The notes under the pieces were generated by a model that saw nothing but the letters and a program-made list of their open reading frames with translations, had not been told where the DNA came from and made no database searches. A stretch of 64,000 bases of DNA, taken from positions 9,310 to 73,309 of the forward strand of contig JAJZND010000015.1 in NCBI GenBank assembly GCA_021848025.1. Direction: 5' to 3'. The translations under genes and the position numbers were made by a program. The DNA is from Candidatus Micrarchaeota archaeon (lineage in GTDB: Archaea; Micrarchaeota; Micrarchaeia; Micrarchaeales; CABMGC01). Positions 10,970 to 22,134 of this stretch are shown in pieces (positions within the stretch are counted from its first letter, which is position 1; the number at the start of each line of letters is the position of its first letter).

Positions 10970-13720
10970 TCAGCCTTTCCAGTATTTCTTTGTCCTTACA
11001 AATTCCTTTTGGGCATATATAAGGTCTTTTATAAATGCCTTATTCTCCATTTTCATCATCCTGAGTATCCTAGAGGCAGTCTCAAGCCCGATGCCATAAG
11101 TCAGCAATGCAATAACGGCTCTGGAACCATAAGCGCTTACAAGTCCTGAGCAGCGTATCATTTCTCTATAGCAGTCAATCTCAAGCCGTGTCATTTTAGA
11201 GCCCTTGGCCTTTTTCCTCAGCACTTCAGGATAGTTCTCTTTCGAGATCGAAACCATAGCGCTTCCGCATGATGGGCAAACAATGTGTTTTTCCACTTCT
11301 ATGCTGATGTCTTCCCTGAATTCAAAGCCGCAGTATGTGCAGATTAACATCACGCTTCTCGAGTTGAATCTGGTCAGGAAATACTCTATCTCCATGTCCG
11401 GATTGCTTTTCATGGAAAGCAGCTCCCCGTACCTTAAGTAAGGCCTCATTATCTCTATCGAAAGCGGAGAGTTTACATAGCTAAACACTTCAATCTGCAT
11501 ATGCCCGTTTACAATGGAATCTATGAAGCGTAGTGCAGTTTCATAGTCAAAATAATTCTTCTTCAGGTCCCGTATAGTCTCGGCTTCTATCACAGAACCT
11601 CTATAAAAATTAATCAGCTTGGTCGCCATGCTCCTGGTAACTCCTGCCCTCTTCTCAACAACTCCGAAGAGCTTTGCAATCTGTACGAATTTGTACCTAT
11701 ACAGGTCGGACCACTCGGAAAATACCAGGCGCTCCCAGGCAGCGTAATTGGTCCGCATCCCGGCAAGCAGTTTTTTAATGTCTGCCTTGCGCGATCCGCC
11801 ATGCATATCCAGTATTACAGCATAAGGAGATGCCCGCGCATTTACCTTAAATCCAAGATTTGCAGAAATAAAGCCAGAAATTACCTTGGAGATAAATTCA
11901 TTGGCCATGGTTCCCAGCGGCAAATATATTATTGCGTAATCCTCCAATTCTTCTATTACAAGTGTGCCTTCTTTGGGCATGAAGAAGCCCTTCTGGCCCT
12001 GCCTGAAATCAGAGAGCTCATTGGCGGTCCGATCATCCAGATCCGATTTCACATTATCGAAAAGTATCCCGAAGCACCGCCTTGCCACCTTTTCAGAGAC
12101 CGGAATCTCCTCCCCTTCCCACGCGGGCACGACGGCATCAAGATCCACCCCTGGCTCCACAAATACAACGTCCTCGTCTATGCTAACGACCTTCCACGGC
12201 ATGCCTTTTGTTATAAACACCGCGCCTTCATCTATATTGTCATATACAAATTTCTCATCAAGCGTGGATATTATCCTGTTGCTCAGAACATTCTTGACTT
12301 TGAATTTTATGTAATCAGGTATAACTGTTATGTTCTCTATAAAGTAGGATCTCGTTCTTTCCGAAATCCCAATACGGCCGTCACGAACCTTTATAAGGCG
12401 CGCCTGCTCGCCAAATTCAATAACCTTTCTGAAGGCTTCATCACTAAGCGAAGAATATGCAGAGGAGCTTTTTAACAGCTCAAAAGCATCCTTTACCTCT
12501 ATAGATCCATATTCAAGCGCAATGCCGCAGAGCTGATTCATCGCCACATCCAGTGCGTTCTGCTCCCTTCTTTGCATTTCCAGTTCCCCTTTTTCCGCAA
12601 AATAAGCAACAGAAGCGGCCTCAGCAGCGTCAAGCGGTCCTGAGACGATCACCCTGCCTACGGAGGTGCCTCCGCTCCTATGCCCTGACCTGCCCACACG
12701 CTGAATCAGCCTGGCAGCCTGCCTAGGCGATCCGTACTGTATAACCAAATCCACTGCTCCTATATCTATCCCAAGCTCAAGAGAGCTTGTGGCTACTATG
12801 CACCTGAGTTCGCCTTTCTTGAATCTTTCCTCTATAGAGATTCGCTCGTCCTTGTCAAGCGAGCCATGGTGTATGCCTATAGGGCCGAAATGCTCGATAG
12901 AATCAAGGTACATCAGTTTGCTCCCCAAGGATTCCACTATAGACCTCGTATTGGCAAAAAGTATGGTGGCCTTGGAAGCGGCGATGAGGCCTGCTACCTT
13001 CTCAATCCTGGCAACGGATTGTTCATCCAGTGAAAATTTTTCCAGAAGGCTGCGATGCTCCCGCATTGCCTTTACCGGCATCTCTATACTTATAACGGGC
13101 TTTTTCTCCTCTTCAGACCTTATTATTTCGTAATCCTGCTTTCCAAAGAGAAACGTTGCCGCTTCACCGGCATCTCCTACGGTTGCACTCAGGCCGATCC
13201 TCTGAAATTTCCCAGATCTCCTAACCAGCCTCTCGAGGCTCACCGCAAGCTGCGCACCTCTCTTGTTGTAATATAGCTCGTGCACCTCATCAACTATAAC
13301 AACAGCGAGACTCTTCAGGTGCTCCCTGAGCTTGCTTGAGAGCAAGATGCCTTGTATGCTTTCAGGAGTAGTTATCAAAAGTTGCGGAGGGCTCTCTACC
13401 TGCTTTCTCCGCTCCAGCGCACTGGTGTCGCCATGTCTGACCCCTGCTTTTATTCCAGCTTCATCGCAAAGCCACGAAATCCTATTTATAAGGTCTCTGT
13501 TCAAAGACCTGAGCGGAGTGATGTAAATCGCAAATATACCTTTCTTTTCATTTTTCTTTATCCTTTCTATCACCGGAAGGATTGCGGCCTCGGTCTTCCC
13601 GCTTCCGGTAGGCGCAAGTATGAGGCAATTCCTCCCTCTGCGCAGCGCATCAAATGAGAGTTCCTGTATCCTAGTGAACTTCCCGAATCTGCTTAGAAAT
13701 AGGGAAAAAATGTCCTGCAT
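10970..13720 (-). CDS. lhr: ATP-dependent helicase, Lhr family
   Basis: APTGSGKTEAA, DEVH, GLSAT, HHGSL, ELGIDIG, QRVGRSGH, C-terminal Zn finger and HhH. Confidence 0.92.
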   Translation of the reverse strand: MQDIFSLFLSRFGKFTRIQELSFDALRRGRNCLILAPTGSGKTEAAILPVIERIKKNEKKGIFAIYITPLRSLNRDLINRISWLCDEAGIKAGVRHGDTSALERRKQVESPPQLLITTPESIQGILLSSKLREHLKSLAVVIVDEVHELYYNKRGAQLAVSLERLVRRSGKFQRIGLSATVGDAGEAATFLFGKQDYEIIRSEEEKKPVISIEMPVKAMREHRSLLEKFSLDEQSVARIEKVAGLIAASKATILFANTRSIVESLGSKLMYLDSIEHFGPIGIHHGSLDKDERISIEERFKKGELRCIVATSSLELGIDIGAVDLVIQYGSPRQAARLIQRVGRSGHRSGGTSVGRVIVSGPLDAAEAASVAYFAEKGELEMQRREQNALDVAMNQLCGIALEYGSIEVKDAFELLKSSSAYSSLSDEAFRKVIEFGEQARLIKVRDGRIGISERTRSYFIENITVIPDYIKFKVKNVLSNRIISTLDEKFVYDNIDEGAVFITKGMPWKVVSIDEDVVFVEPGVDLDAVVPAWEGEEIPVSEKVARRCFGILFDNVKSDLDDRTANELSDFRQGQKGFFMPKEGTLVIEELEDYAIIYLPLGTMANEFISKVISGFISANLGFKVNARASPYAVILDMHGGSRKADIKKLLAGMRTNYAAWERLVFSEWSDLYRYKFVQIAKLFGVVEKRAGVTRSMATKLINFYRGSVIEAETIRDLKKNYFDYETALRFIDSIVNGHMQIEVFSYVNSPLSIEIMRPYLRYGELLSMKSNPDMEIEYFLTRFNSRSVMLICTYCGFEFREDISIEVEKHIVCPSCGSAMVSISKENYPEVLRKKAKGSKMTRLEIDCYREMIRCSGLVSAYGSRAVIALLTYGIGLETASRILRMMKMENKAFIKDLIYAQKEFVRTKKYWKG

Positions 13721-13750
13721 CGTCTCTTCTCTCTCACAGTAGCCATCCGC

Positions 13751-15361
13751 CTATACGATATACGCGGTGCCGTTGGCAATAAAAGATTTCCTATTCAAAG
13801 TATAATTAACTGTCAGGTTGACTGCAAGTCCATTCGGATACCCTCCGATAAGCGCTCCATTGTCATAGCAACCTGCAGAAACGTTCAAAGAACCAGAGAT
13901 CGAAACATTCTTTTCTACGTGTGCATAGTCATACGGCGGCTCAAGGTAGCATCCGACGCTGCCTACCATCACGGATTGATTGAAATTGTTAGTAAGCAGC
14001 AATCCTATTGTGCCGTTACTGTATCCTACCACTGAGCATCCAAAGATTCCGGAAAAATTGCAGTTAGTCTTGCCCCCCTGGATGAACTTAAACGAGGTTC
14101 CGGTAAAGCTCATATTGTTAAGCAGGCCTATGCTGTAATTTATTTCATTTGCAGCCAACAACGTATTCGCGAAGTAAAGTGCGCTGACGTTATAGCTGCC
14201 TCTCTGCGAGGTGGTCACGAAAAGTGAAAAATTGCTGGAGAAGCCAAATACCGGCGTAGGTGCAATCGTGCAGTAATACACATTCCCTGTGTAACTCTCA
14301 GCACCATTGCATACCCTATCAAAGGGGGAATCATTCCAGACGCCAAGATATCCAAATTCCCTGTTCCTCTCAAATAATATCCCTGAGATCGCACTTCCGT
14401 TGCTGAATAAGGTATTGTATCTGCCTAACAGCATAGTGTTCGCTGGCTGCGCAACATCTATGCTTGCATTAACAGGCGCGCCATTATTCACTGAAAGCAC
14501 ATCTGTGCAGTTCAGGTAATTATCGTATCCTACTATCTTTATCCAGCCTCCTTGGTAGAGTTCACATGCTCCTGCTCCTCCGCCAAGCCCGATAAACGTT
14601 ACATTTTCCCCGCCTACCTCTATGCTCTTGTAGTTTGCATTTACCCCACTTGCAGCTTCGCCTATGAGCGGCGTTACCACCTGCGGATAGCCATACATCC
14701 ATACTGAAGCAATATCCGTGCCGTTTGCATATGATGCGCTTGCTACAGAGTAATGCAATTCGTAGACTCCAGTGAGGTTAAGCAATGCAGACATAAAGTT
14801 GTTGAATTGCCTGATGTTGGAAAGCGAGAACTGATTCATGAGATAGTTCTGGGCCAGGTAGGAAGAAACAATATACCCTACTGCTCCTCCGCTTACATTT
14901 TCATAGCTCTTTGAAATGGCATTTACTGGAAGGTTTGAGTATGGTGCGTCCACCGCAACAGGGAGCACGTTAATTGTAACGGAACTGCTGGCATTTTTTC
15001 TATCCGCTATATTGTAAAGGTTGCCGGGATCGGCGATAGCACTGATTCTATATTCGCCATTTGCTTTTGGCATGTAAGTATAATTTATAAGCTCCTCGTG
15101 CCCTGCAGGCATAGAAACGTTGTAGGTGTAAGTCAGCTGCCCATTCACATATACGCCAACGCTCAAGTCCTCCAAATTGCCTTTATAATCTTTTACCAAG
15201 ACAGGCAGGGATACCTTCTCAAGCGGATAGACCGTCACGTTGCTGGAGCTGAACCCCACACTTATATCCAGGCTTGGGTTGCTATAGATTTCACGGTACG
15301 CCACCACCGCTACCACTGCAATTATGAATACGGCTATCAATAAATATGCCTCCCTGTTCAT
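13751..15361 (-). CDS. Secreted/cell-surface protein (Ig/CARDB-like N-terminal domain, Cys-containing pilin-like C-terminal domain)
   Basis: N-terminal TM/signal, N/S/Y-rich composition, many N-x-S/T sequons, AIADPGNLY CARDB-like motif. Confidence 0.6.
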   Translation of the reverse strand: MNREAYLLIAVFIIAVVAVVAYREIYSNPSLDISVGFSSSNVTVYPLEKVSLPVLVKDYKGNLEDLSVGVYVNGQLTYTYNVSMPAGHEELINYTYMPKANGEYRISAIADPGNLYNIADRKNASSSVTINVLPVAVDAPYSNLPVNAISKSYENVSGGAVGYIVSSYLAQNYLMNQFSLSNIRQFNNFMSALLNLTGVYELHYSVASASYANGTDIASVWMYGYPQVVTPLIGEAASGVNANYKSIEVGGENVTFIGLGGGAGACELYQGGWIKIVGYDNYLNCTDVLSVNNGAPVNASIDVAQPANTMLLGRYNTLFSNGSAISGILFERNREFGYLGVWNDSPFDRVCNGAESYTGNVYYCTIAPTPVFGFSSNFSLFVTTSQRGSYNVSALYFANTLLAANEINYSIGLLNNMSFTGTSFKFIQGGKTNCNFSGIFGCSVVGYSNGTIGLLLTNNFNQSVMVGSVGCYLEPPYDYAHVEKNVSISGSLNVSAGCYDNGALIGGYPNGLAVNLTVNYTLNRKSFIANGTAYIV

Positions 15362-15373
15362 TCGACTCCCTTT

Positions 15374-15862
15374 CTATCTCATACTATTTAATGCATTCTT
15401 GCCCTTCATGTCTCCTATAACCTGCCCTATCTTGTCCGAAACTTCATTGTAAAACGACTCAAAGACCGACTTGGACCATACTGAGGGGTCGAATCTGTCC
15501 CCGTATCCCGGAGGCCTAAAGTAAAAACGCCCTTTGCTGTTTTCTATCAACCCGGTTTTCTTCATCCTTAAAAGATGGTACCTGAGCGTCTTTTCATTTA
15601 TCTTCTCCCAGCTCGCGTTTATATATTCAGTCATCTCCTTCACGCTTGGGTCATGCCTCTTTATGAATTGGAAATACACCATAGAATCAAGCACCGCAAG
15701 CGAGCCCAGCCTCGATTCTCCCGGGTTTATTATGCCCATGGAGAGAGCAAGCCACCTTATGGCAGAGCGCCTGGTCTCAAGCACTTCCTTGCTAAGCCTT
15801 AAATTTCTTACAGTCAGCTCCTTTTCTATAAGGCCTGCTTCGTTGAGTTCCACTCGAATCAC
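15374..15862 (-). CDS. Hypothetical protein with winged HTH
   Basis: NEKTLRYHLLRMKKTGLIENSKGRFY is wHTH-like; co-oriented downstream of rps10. Confidence 0.6.
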   Translation of the reverse strand: MIRVELNEAGLIEKELTVRNLRLSKEVLETRRSAIRWLALSMGIINPGESRLGSLAVLDSMVYFQFIKRHDPSVKEMTEYINASWEKINEKTLRYHLLRMKKTGLIENSKGRFYFRPPGYGDRFDPSVWSKSVFESFYNEVSDKIGQVIGDMKGKNALNSMR

Positions 15863-15943
15863 ACTTATTGGGCAGGTAATATATTAATAGTTAACGCAAA
15901 AATATGCGTCTGCAACAGAAGAAGCAAGCAACCCAAAGCCATA

Positions 15944-16249
15944 TTAGGAGAGCGTCATTTCTATCTGCACTGTATCAGGCACTGAAATCCGCATTACCTG
16001 CCTGAGCGCAGCTTCATTGCCGTCTATCTCCACCACCCATTTATGTATGCGCATCTCCCAGTGTTCGTAAGTGTGCGAGCCGTCTCCGCAAGGAGTTTTC
16101 CTTGTAGAGATATTGAGCCTTTTGGTGGGCAGAGGTATCGGGCCTTTATATTTGATGCCCAGTGTTTTTGCAATCTCAACAATCTGCCTGGTTATGTCCC
16201 TCACTGCGTCCTTGCTCCTGCTTATTAATTTTATCCTTGCAACTGGTAT
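15944..16249 (-). CDS. rps10: 30S ribosomal protein S10 (uS10), probable ATA start
   Basis: GPIPLPTK...TRKTPCGDGS...WEMRIHK. The conserved N-terminus (PVARIKLIS) extends upstream of the track's GTG to ATA at 16249. Confidence 0.95.
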   Translation of the reverse strand: MPVARIKLISRSKDAVRDITRQIVEIAKTLGIKYKGPIPLPTKRLNISTRKTPCGDGSHTYEHWEMRIHKWVVEIDGNEAALRQVMRISVPDTVQIEMTLS

Positions 16250-16259
16250 GGAATCGCCT

Positions 16260-17528
16260 TCAAGCCCTCTTAACTACATCAAGCACTACTCCTGCCGCTA
16301 CTGTCTGTCCCATATCCCTTATTGCAAATCTGCCAAGGTGGGCAAACTCGCTATACTTCTCAACTACAACTGGCTTGCTTGGCTTTACCCTGACTATTGC
16401 GACATCGCCGTTCTTTATGAACTCTGGATTCTTCTGGAGGGTCTGGCCTGTTTTAGGATCCTTCTTCTCCACTATCTCCACAATTGTCGCAGCAATCTGC
16501 GCAGTATGTATATGGAATACGGGCGTGTAGCCAGGCGCAATCGCGGTAGGATGGTTAATTACAACTATCTGGGCGGTAAACTCAGTGGCAACCGTCGGCG
16601 GGCTTGTTGTAGGCCCAACAACGTCTCCTCTCTTCATGTCCTTCTTGTCAACGCCCTTTACGTTGAAGCCGACATTGTCTCCAGGCTCTGCCTTCTGCAA
16701 CGCCTGCTTATGCATTTCGATGCTCTTTACCTCTGTCTTGACCCCGCTCGGCATTATGACTACAGTTTCTCCAGGCTTCATTACTCCTGATTCAACCCTT
16801 CCTACTGGAACTGTTCCGAATCCCTGTATAGTATATACATCCTGTATAGGAAGCCTGAGCGGCTTATCGGTAGGCTTTGGAGGCACTACGAAAGTATCAA
16901 GTGCAGCAAGAAGAGTAGGGCCATTGTACCATGGCAGCTTCTCCGACTTCGTTGCCACGTTGTCTCCCTGCAGAGCAGAGTACGGAACAAAATTTATCTT
17001 TGTAACGTCATATCCTACAGACTTAAGCAGCTCGCTAACCTTGGCTTTGGCATCTTCATACTTCGCTTTATCATAGCCTGCTGCGTCTATCTTGTTCAAC
17101 CCTACTATTATCTGGTTTATTCCCAGCACTTTGGCCAAGTATGCGTGCTCCCTTGTCTGCGACTGGACGCCATCTATGGATGAGACAACCAGCACTGCGC
17201 AATCTGCCTGGCTTGCCCCTGTAATCATGTTCTTCACGAAGTCCCTGTGTCCTGGAGCATCTATTATTGTGAAATAGTATTTTGGCGTCTGGAAGTCTCT
17301 GTGCATTATGTCTATTGTTATGCCTCGCTCCCTCTCCTCCTTAAGCTGATCCATTACGAATGCAAATTCGAATGTAGGCCTGTTGTATTTTGTGACGTCT
17401 TCCTTTATCTTCTTCATATCCTGTTCAGAGATGGTCTTCGTATCGTAAAGAAGCCTTCCTACTGTAGTAGACTTTCCGTGGTCTATGTGTCCGATAAAAA
17501 TTAAATTCAGGTGCGGTTTTTCTGCCAT
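16260..17528 (-). CDS. tuf: Elongation factor 1-alpha
   Basis: [38 protein letters not shown]; start MAEKPHLN at 17528. Confidence 0.98.
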   Translation of the reverse strand: MAEKPHLNLIFIGHIDHGKSTTVGRLLYDTKTISEQDMKKIKEDVTKYNRPTFEFAFVMDQLKEERERGITIDIMHRDFQTPKYYFTIIDAPGHRDFVKNMITGASQADCAVLVVSSIDGVQSQTREHAYLAKVLGINQIIVGLNKIDAAGYDKAKYEDAKAKVSELLKSVGYDVTKINFVPYSALQGDNVATKSEKLPWYNGPTLLAALDTFVVPPKPTDKPLRLPIQDVYTIQGFGTVPVGRVESGVMKPGETVVIMPSGVKTEVKSIEMHKQALQKAEPGDNVGFNVKGVDKKDMKRGDVVGPTTSPPTVATEFTAQIVVINHPTAIAPGYTPVFHIHTAQIAATIVEIVEKKDPKTGQTLQKNPEFIKNGDVAIVRVKPSKPVVVEKYSEFAHLGRFAIRDMGQTVAAGVVLDVVKRA

Positions 17529-17743
17529 TTGTATCATCTTTGCATATTTCAATATCCAATTCAATTCACATATATTTAAACCTAAGCTAAACCTAAAAGG
17601 AGCCCAGAAGGTAAGCAAATGTTCTTATATGCTGGTTGATAATTATATCTGATAATATATATAAATCTATGCATACACGTCGCAGTTGTCTCTGCTAAAG
17701 ATCCATTTAGGCCGCAGAAGCCATGTAACAACAAATAGAATAG

Positions 17744-18265
17744 ATGCGATACATGTTCAAATATTACGACCTAGTATACCTGGAAAGTATACCTGAAAAA
17801 CTTGCCGAAAGGCTAGGCTACAAGAAGATCTTTACCACAAAAGAGATAAACATACTTGATTCTGTGCCTCATTCAAGCCCTGCAAAGTTCATACTCGCAT
17901 CAAAGAACCCGGGCGAGCTCATGAAAGCCTTAAAGTCAAATGAGGTAGCAGGCCTCGTCATACCTGACAATGAGGTAATCCGGAAGGTTTTCGAGGCTGC
18001 TCGGGAGTCTTCTGTGCCGCTCTTTATCACAGCTTCGGATCTTACTATGCCAAGCCGCTACAGGCCTAGAAACATAGCGAGGGCGCGCATCTTCCTGTCG
18101 CAGGCAAGACGCTATGGCGCAGATATAGGAATAATAACGCTTTCAAAAAGCAAGGAGTACATGATGTCAAGCATGCAGCTCATAAGCCTGTCTATGGCCA
18201 TAGGCGCAGACGAAGCATATGCGAGAAAGATGGTAAGCCTGCTGGAAACCTGCGATGTGGTGTAA
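17744..18265 (+). CDS. RNase P subunit Rpp30-like (divergent)
   Basis: Size, PHP-like pattern and adjacency to a Pop5-like gene. Confidence 0.55.
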   Translation: MRYMFKYYDLVYLESIPEKLAERLGYKKIFTTKEINILDSVPHSSPAKFILASKNPGELMKALKSNEVAGLVIPDNEVIRKVFEAARESSVPLFITASDLTMPSRYRPRNIARARIFLSQARRYGADIGIITLSKSKEYMMSSMQLISLSMAIGADEAYARKMVSLLETCDVV

Positions 18266-18266
18266 A

Positions 18267-18584
18267 ATGATAACAAAGAGAAAGATAAGGTACATACTCG
18301 TGGAGTCCTCAGAACCTATAGACGCCGGCGCAAATTTCCTGCAGATAAGGGACGGCATTGCGCATTTTATCGGAGAGCTTGGTGCAGTCGAGGCAAACAT
18401 ACGCTTCATAAAGCAGTATGAGCCTGCCCTGTTCGCTATCTCGGTCAACAGGGGCACGGAAAAGAAAGCTGTGGTCGCATTTTCAATGGTCAAGCAGGTA
18501 AACGGCAGGCCTATTGGCTTCTATACGCTAAAAACCTCAGGCACGCTCAGGAGCATAAGCGATTTTGCCGCAACCCTGGGCTAG
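18267..18584 (+). CDS. RNase P subunit Pop5/Rpp14
   Basis: RKIRYILVE...FIGELG...TLKTSGTLR are Pop5 motifs. Confidence 0.8.
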   Translation: MITKRKIRYILVESSEPIDAGANFLQIRDGIAHFIGELGAVEANIRFIKQYEPALFAISVNRGTEKKAVVAFSMVKQVNGRPIGFYTLKTSGTLRSISDFAATLG

Positions 18585-18760
18585 CACTGGATTTATCGTG
18601 CAGTTTCCTGCATGGCTTTGCAAACAAAGTGGCTCAATCAGCGAATTTAAGAGCAGCTCCTGTATCCAAAAAGATTAAATAACTTATCAGGCAGATAATT
18701 AGAATTACTACTAAGTCTTCAGTATCCTATATACTAACTGACTTATTGTATGGTGAATAT

Positions 18761-19123
18761 ATGCATATAAGCGAACTTAAGGCTGGCGCTTCAAACGTAG
18801 AGCTTGAAGCAATAGTCTCTGAGAAAAGTGAACCAAGAGAAGTAATAACGAAGTATGGAAAGAGGCTGAACGTGGCAAACGCGGTGCTTAAAGACGAAAC
18901 CGGAAGTATAGCTATCTCTCTCTGGGGCAATGACATAAACAGCATAAACGTCGGTGATAAAGTAAAGGTCTCCAACGGCTATGTGGGAGAATTCAGAGGC
19001 ACACCCCAACTCTCAACAGGCAAATACGGCAAGATAGAGGTAATAGAAAAAGGAGAGGGTGCAGCATCTTCGGAAACTTCTGAAAAAGAGGAAGCCCCTG
19101 CAGACGAGGAAGAGGAATTCTAA
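18761..19123 (+). CDS. ssb: Single-OB-fold ssDNA-binding protein (SSB/RPA) with acidic tail
   Basis: LKDETGSIAISLW, GYVGEFRG, tail ADEEEEF; GGTGA SD before ATG 18761. Confidence 0.88.
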   Translation: MHISELKAGASNVELEAIVSEKSEPREVITKYGKRLNVANAVLKDETGSIAISLWGNDINSINVGDKVKVSNGYVGEFRGTPQLSTGKYGKIEVIEKGEGAASSETSEKEEAPADEEEEF

Positions 19124-19162
19124 TCCACCTTCAAATTAAACAGATAAAGTAATCTGCTGCTT

Positions 19163-19840
19163 TCACTCATCATTTGCTGGTTTATCTGTTTTGACCAGGC
19201 TTTTTATAGCGTTGAAAGCATACGGAGCATCATCCTCGTCAATCATGAATATCTCTTCAGTGAATGTAGACACTACTTCTGCTATGTTTATGTTCTCCCA
19301 GGACAGTGCCTTAGTGAGATTGTAAAGCAATCCGAGCGAATCCGATTCCTCAGGAGAAATCCTCACAATCAGCGAAGCCAGGTGCCCTATTATCTTGAGC
19401 GCATTTCCCTCTCCAAATACCCTGACTATCCTATTTCTGTATTTTGCATTTGAAATCAGCGTAATCTCATAAAGACCCTGCGTTACCGTAAGGAAGTCGC
19501 CTCTGGAAAAATCAACAATTCTGTATATCTCCGAAACCTTCTTTATGTTATCGGGGCTCTTTGCAACTGTAACCTCAAAGACATCCGATATTATGGCTAT
19601 CTCAGAATTTTTAAGCTGGAGAGGTGCACTGCCCACGAAACTGTCCTTCAGCTGGTCCTTCAGTCTTCTAAGCGCCATTATGATGGCATACCTGTTAACC
19701 TTCCTCCTCAGCGCCTTCTCCACTTCCGGCTGGATCATGTCTGCCAGGTATGCATAGTTTACTATCTCCCTCACAAGCGCCTCCTCTATGAAAGGCTTCT
19801 TTCTTATCATAGCAGAGACGACCTGGGCAACGTTAACCAT
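19163..19840 (-). CDS. ACT-domain protein with N-terminal helical/HTH-like domain; putative amino-acid-responsive regulator
   Basis: N-terminal KKPFIEEAL...VNYAYLA...AIIMALRR; C-terminal ACT (GLLYNLTKALSWENINIAEVVSTFTE). Divergent from the lysine cluster. Confidence 0.7.
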   Translation of the reverse strand: MVNVAQVVSAMIRKKPFIEEALVREIVNYAYLADMIQPEVEKALRRKVNRYAIIMALRRLKDQLKDSFVGSAPLQLKNSEIAIISDVFEVTVAKSPDNIKKVSEIYRIVDFSRGDFLTVTQGLYEITLISNAKYRNRIVRVFGEGNALKIIGHLASLIVRISPEESDSLGLLYNLTKALSWENINIAEVVSTFTEEIFMIDEDDAPYAFNAIKSLVKTDKPANDE

Positions 19841-19975
19841 TATACCGCCATACTGCCAGCGTATTGCACCTATACGCAGATCCAAAGCCCAAATACATCG
19901 ATTTCAGGATTGGATAATCTAATTTAAATATTTGTTACTGGCGATTTGATAATGCCTCAAAGCCGCGTGTATAAA

Positions 19976-21312
19976 ATGATTATAATGAAGTTCGGAGGCT
20001 CCTCTGTGGCAGATGAGCAAAAAATCAACAATGTAGCAGAGATTGTAAAGGCGCGGGCTGCGGAAAATCCCGTAGTGGTTGTTTCCGCGCTAGGCGGCGT
20101 CACCGATTCACTGCTCAAAGCAGCAAAACTTGCCCAATCTTCAGATTGGAAAGAAGCAGCACAGAAGGTCATAAGCCGCCATAGAAATGTACTTCATTCA
20201 TTAAGGCTAGAAAGCAGTATGCTTGATGAAGATATCTCAGAACTTGAAAACACTCTCTCCGCAATCTCATCAAAAAAACAGCTTAGCCGGAGCGCTCTTG
20301 ACTTAGTGGCATCATTCGGAGAAAGGATGTCAAGCAAGATAGTTGCGGCATGCATAAGAAGCAAGGGCATGAAGTGCGCAGCATATAACGCCTACGACAT
20401 AGGCATGGTAACGGATTCAAACTTCGGAAATGCGGACATCCTGCCTGAAACGTACGGCGCAATAAGAAGGGAGCTCTCAAGAATAGGCAAGGGCACAATA
20501 CCTGTTATAACAGGTTATATAGGCAAGGACAGAAACGGAGGGATTACCACCTTGGGGAGAGGCGGAAGCTACTACACAGCATCGATAATCGGCGCAGCAA
20601 TCGGCGCAGAAGAGATACAGATATGGACAGATGTCAATGGCATAATGACCGCAGATCCGAACGTGGTAAAAGACGCCCGCAATATCAAAGAGATCTCATA
20701 TCAGGAAGAAGCAGAGCTTGAGTTCCTTGGAGCCAAAACCCTGCATCCAAAAGGCATACTCCCTGCCATGCAGCACGGCATATTTGTAAGGGTTCTTAAC
20801 ACTATGAATACAGGCGATAGCGGTACCAAGATATGCAATGACATAGGCGAAGATAGCCGCGTAGCTTCTATAACATCAAGGAGCGGAATAGACGCCATCA
20901 TTCTGCTAAAAGGCGATATGCTTAGCCAGGAGACGATACCATGCACCAGGCCATTGGCATATTAAAGGAGCACCGCATCGGAGTAGATTTAATACTTACC
21001 TCAAGATCCACGATAACCATAGTCATAGACAACGGCCCTGCGCAAGAGGTCGGGGAAGCGCTTAAAGAGTTAAATGCGCTGGGCGAAGCCACGCTTAAAA
21101 GAGGCCTTTCAAAGGTCTCTCTCGTAGGCAAGTCGGTAAGCTCTATACGTGGCATAAATGCCCGCATCCTATCTTCGGTGAAAGATCTAAGCATTAGCGC
21201 AGTCTCGTTTGGAGGTTCAGAGAATAGCGAGAGCTTCCTTGTCAAGCAGGAAGATGCAGAAAAGGCCATACGCCAGCTGCACAGGGAATTTTTTAAGCAC
21301 AAAGGCAAGTAA
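19976..21312 (+). pseudogene. lysC: Aspartate kinase copy 1, frameshifted near 20925-20940, with a GRGGSD>GRGGSY substitution
   Basis: KFGGSS kinase domain in ORF 19976-20965; the ACT domains continue in another frame (20941-21312). Confidence 0.75.
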
Positions 21313-22134
21313 TGTTATTGCAGTAACATAAAGTATTTATAATAAAATATTAATATAAGATTAAATGGCTTTAGCAAAATATGCACTTTCAACCGGGAAT
21401 GGAAATCTTTCATGTGACTGCGCAGTGTATATGGCAAATTACGTGTTAAAATGATTATAATGAAGTTCGGAGGCTCCTCTGTCGCGGATGGGCCTAGGAT
21501 AACCAATGTTGCTAATATAGTGGGGCTGAATGCAAGCAGGCATCCTGTAGTAATAGTCTCAGCGCTAGGCGGCGTCACCGACTCATTGATACATCTGGCA
21601 AAGACTGCAGCGAACGAGGAGCGCAAAAAAAGGATGCAGGAACTTAAAAACAGGCATGTTTCAACCCTGAAATCGCTTGGACTTGAAGAAGACCTTCTTA
21701 ATGGTGATTTTTCTGAGCTTAGTGGTGCGCTAAGCGAAATAGATCCAGGCAACAAGATCACGGAAAAAAGCATGGACAGGATTGTATCATTCGGAGAAAG
21801 GATGTCAAGCAAGATAGTTGCGGCATGCATAAGAAGCAAGGGCATGAAGTGCGCAGCATATAACGCCTACGACCTAGGTATGGTAACGGATTCAAACTTC
21901 GGAAATGCGGACATCCTGCCTGAAACGTACGGCGCAATAAGAAGGGAGCTCTCAAGAATAGGCAAGGGCACAATACCTGTTATAACAGGTTATATAGGCA
22001 AGGACAGAAACGGAGGGATTACCACCTTGGGGAGAGGCGGAAGCGACTACACAGCATCGATAATCGGCGCAGCAATCGGCGCAGAAGAGATACAGATATG
22101 GACAGATGTCAATGGCATAATGACCGCAGATCCG
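20311..22134 (+). repeat. 349-bp near-identical direct repeat (20311-20659 and 21786-22134) inside the two lysC copies
   Basis: Manual alignment shows 3 mismatches. The 1475-bp offset equals the offset between the two start codons. Confidence 0.95.
21313..21340 (+). promoter_or_regulatory. Palindromic operator TGTTATTGCAGTAACA plus BRE/TATA upstream of lysC2
   Basis: The identical 28-mer occurs at 23861-23888. Confidence 0.7.

Noticed and set aside
20941..21312. Separate aspartokinase beta subunit
   Set aside because: Known beta subunits are in-frame internal products. This ORF lacks the start of ACT1 and fits a simple frameshift.
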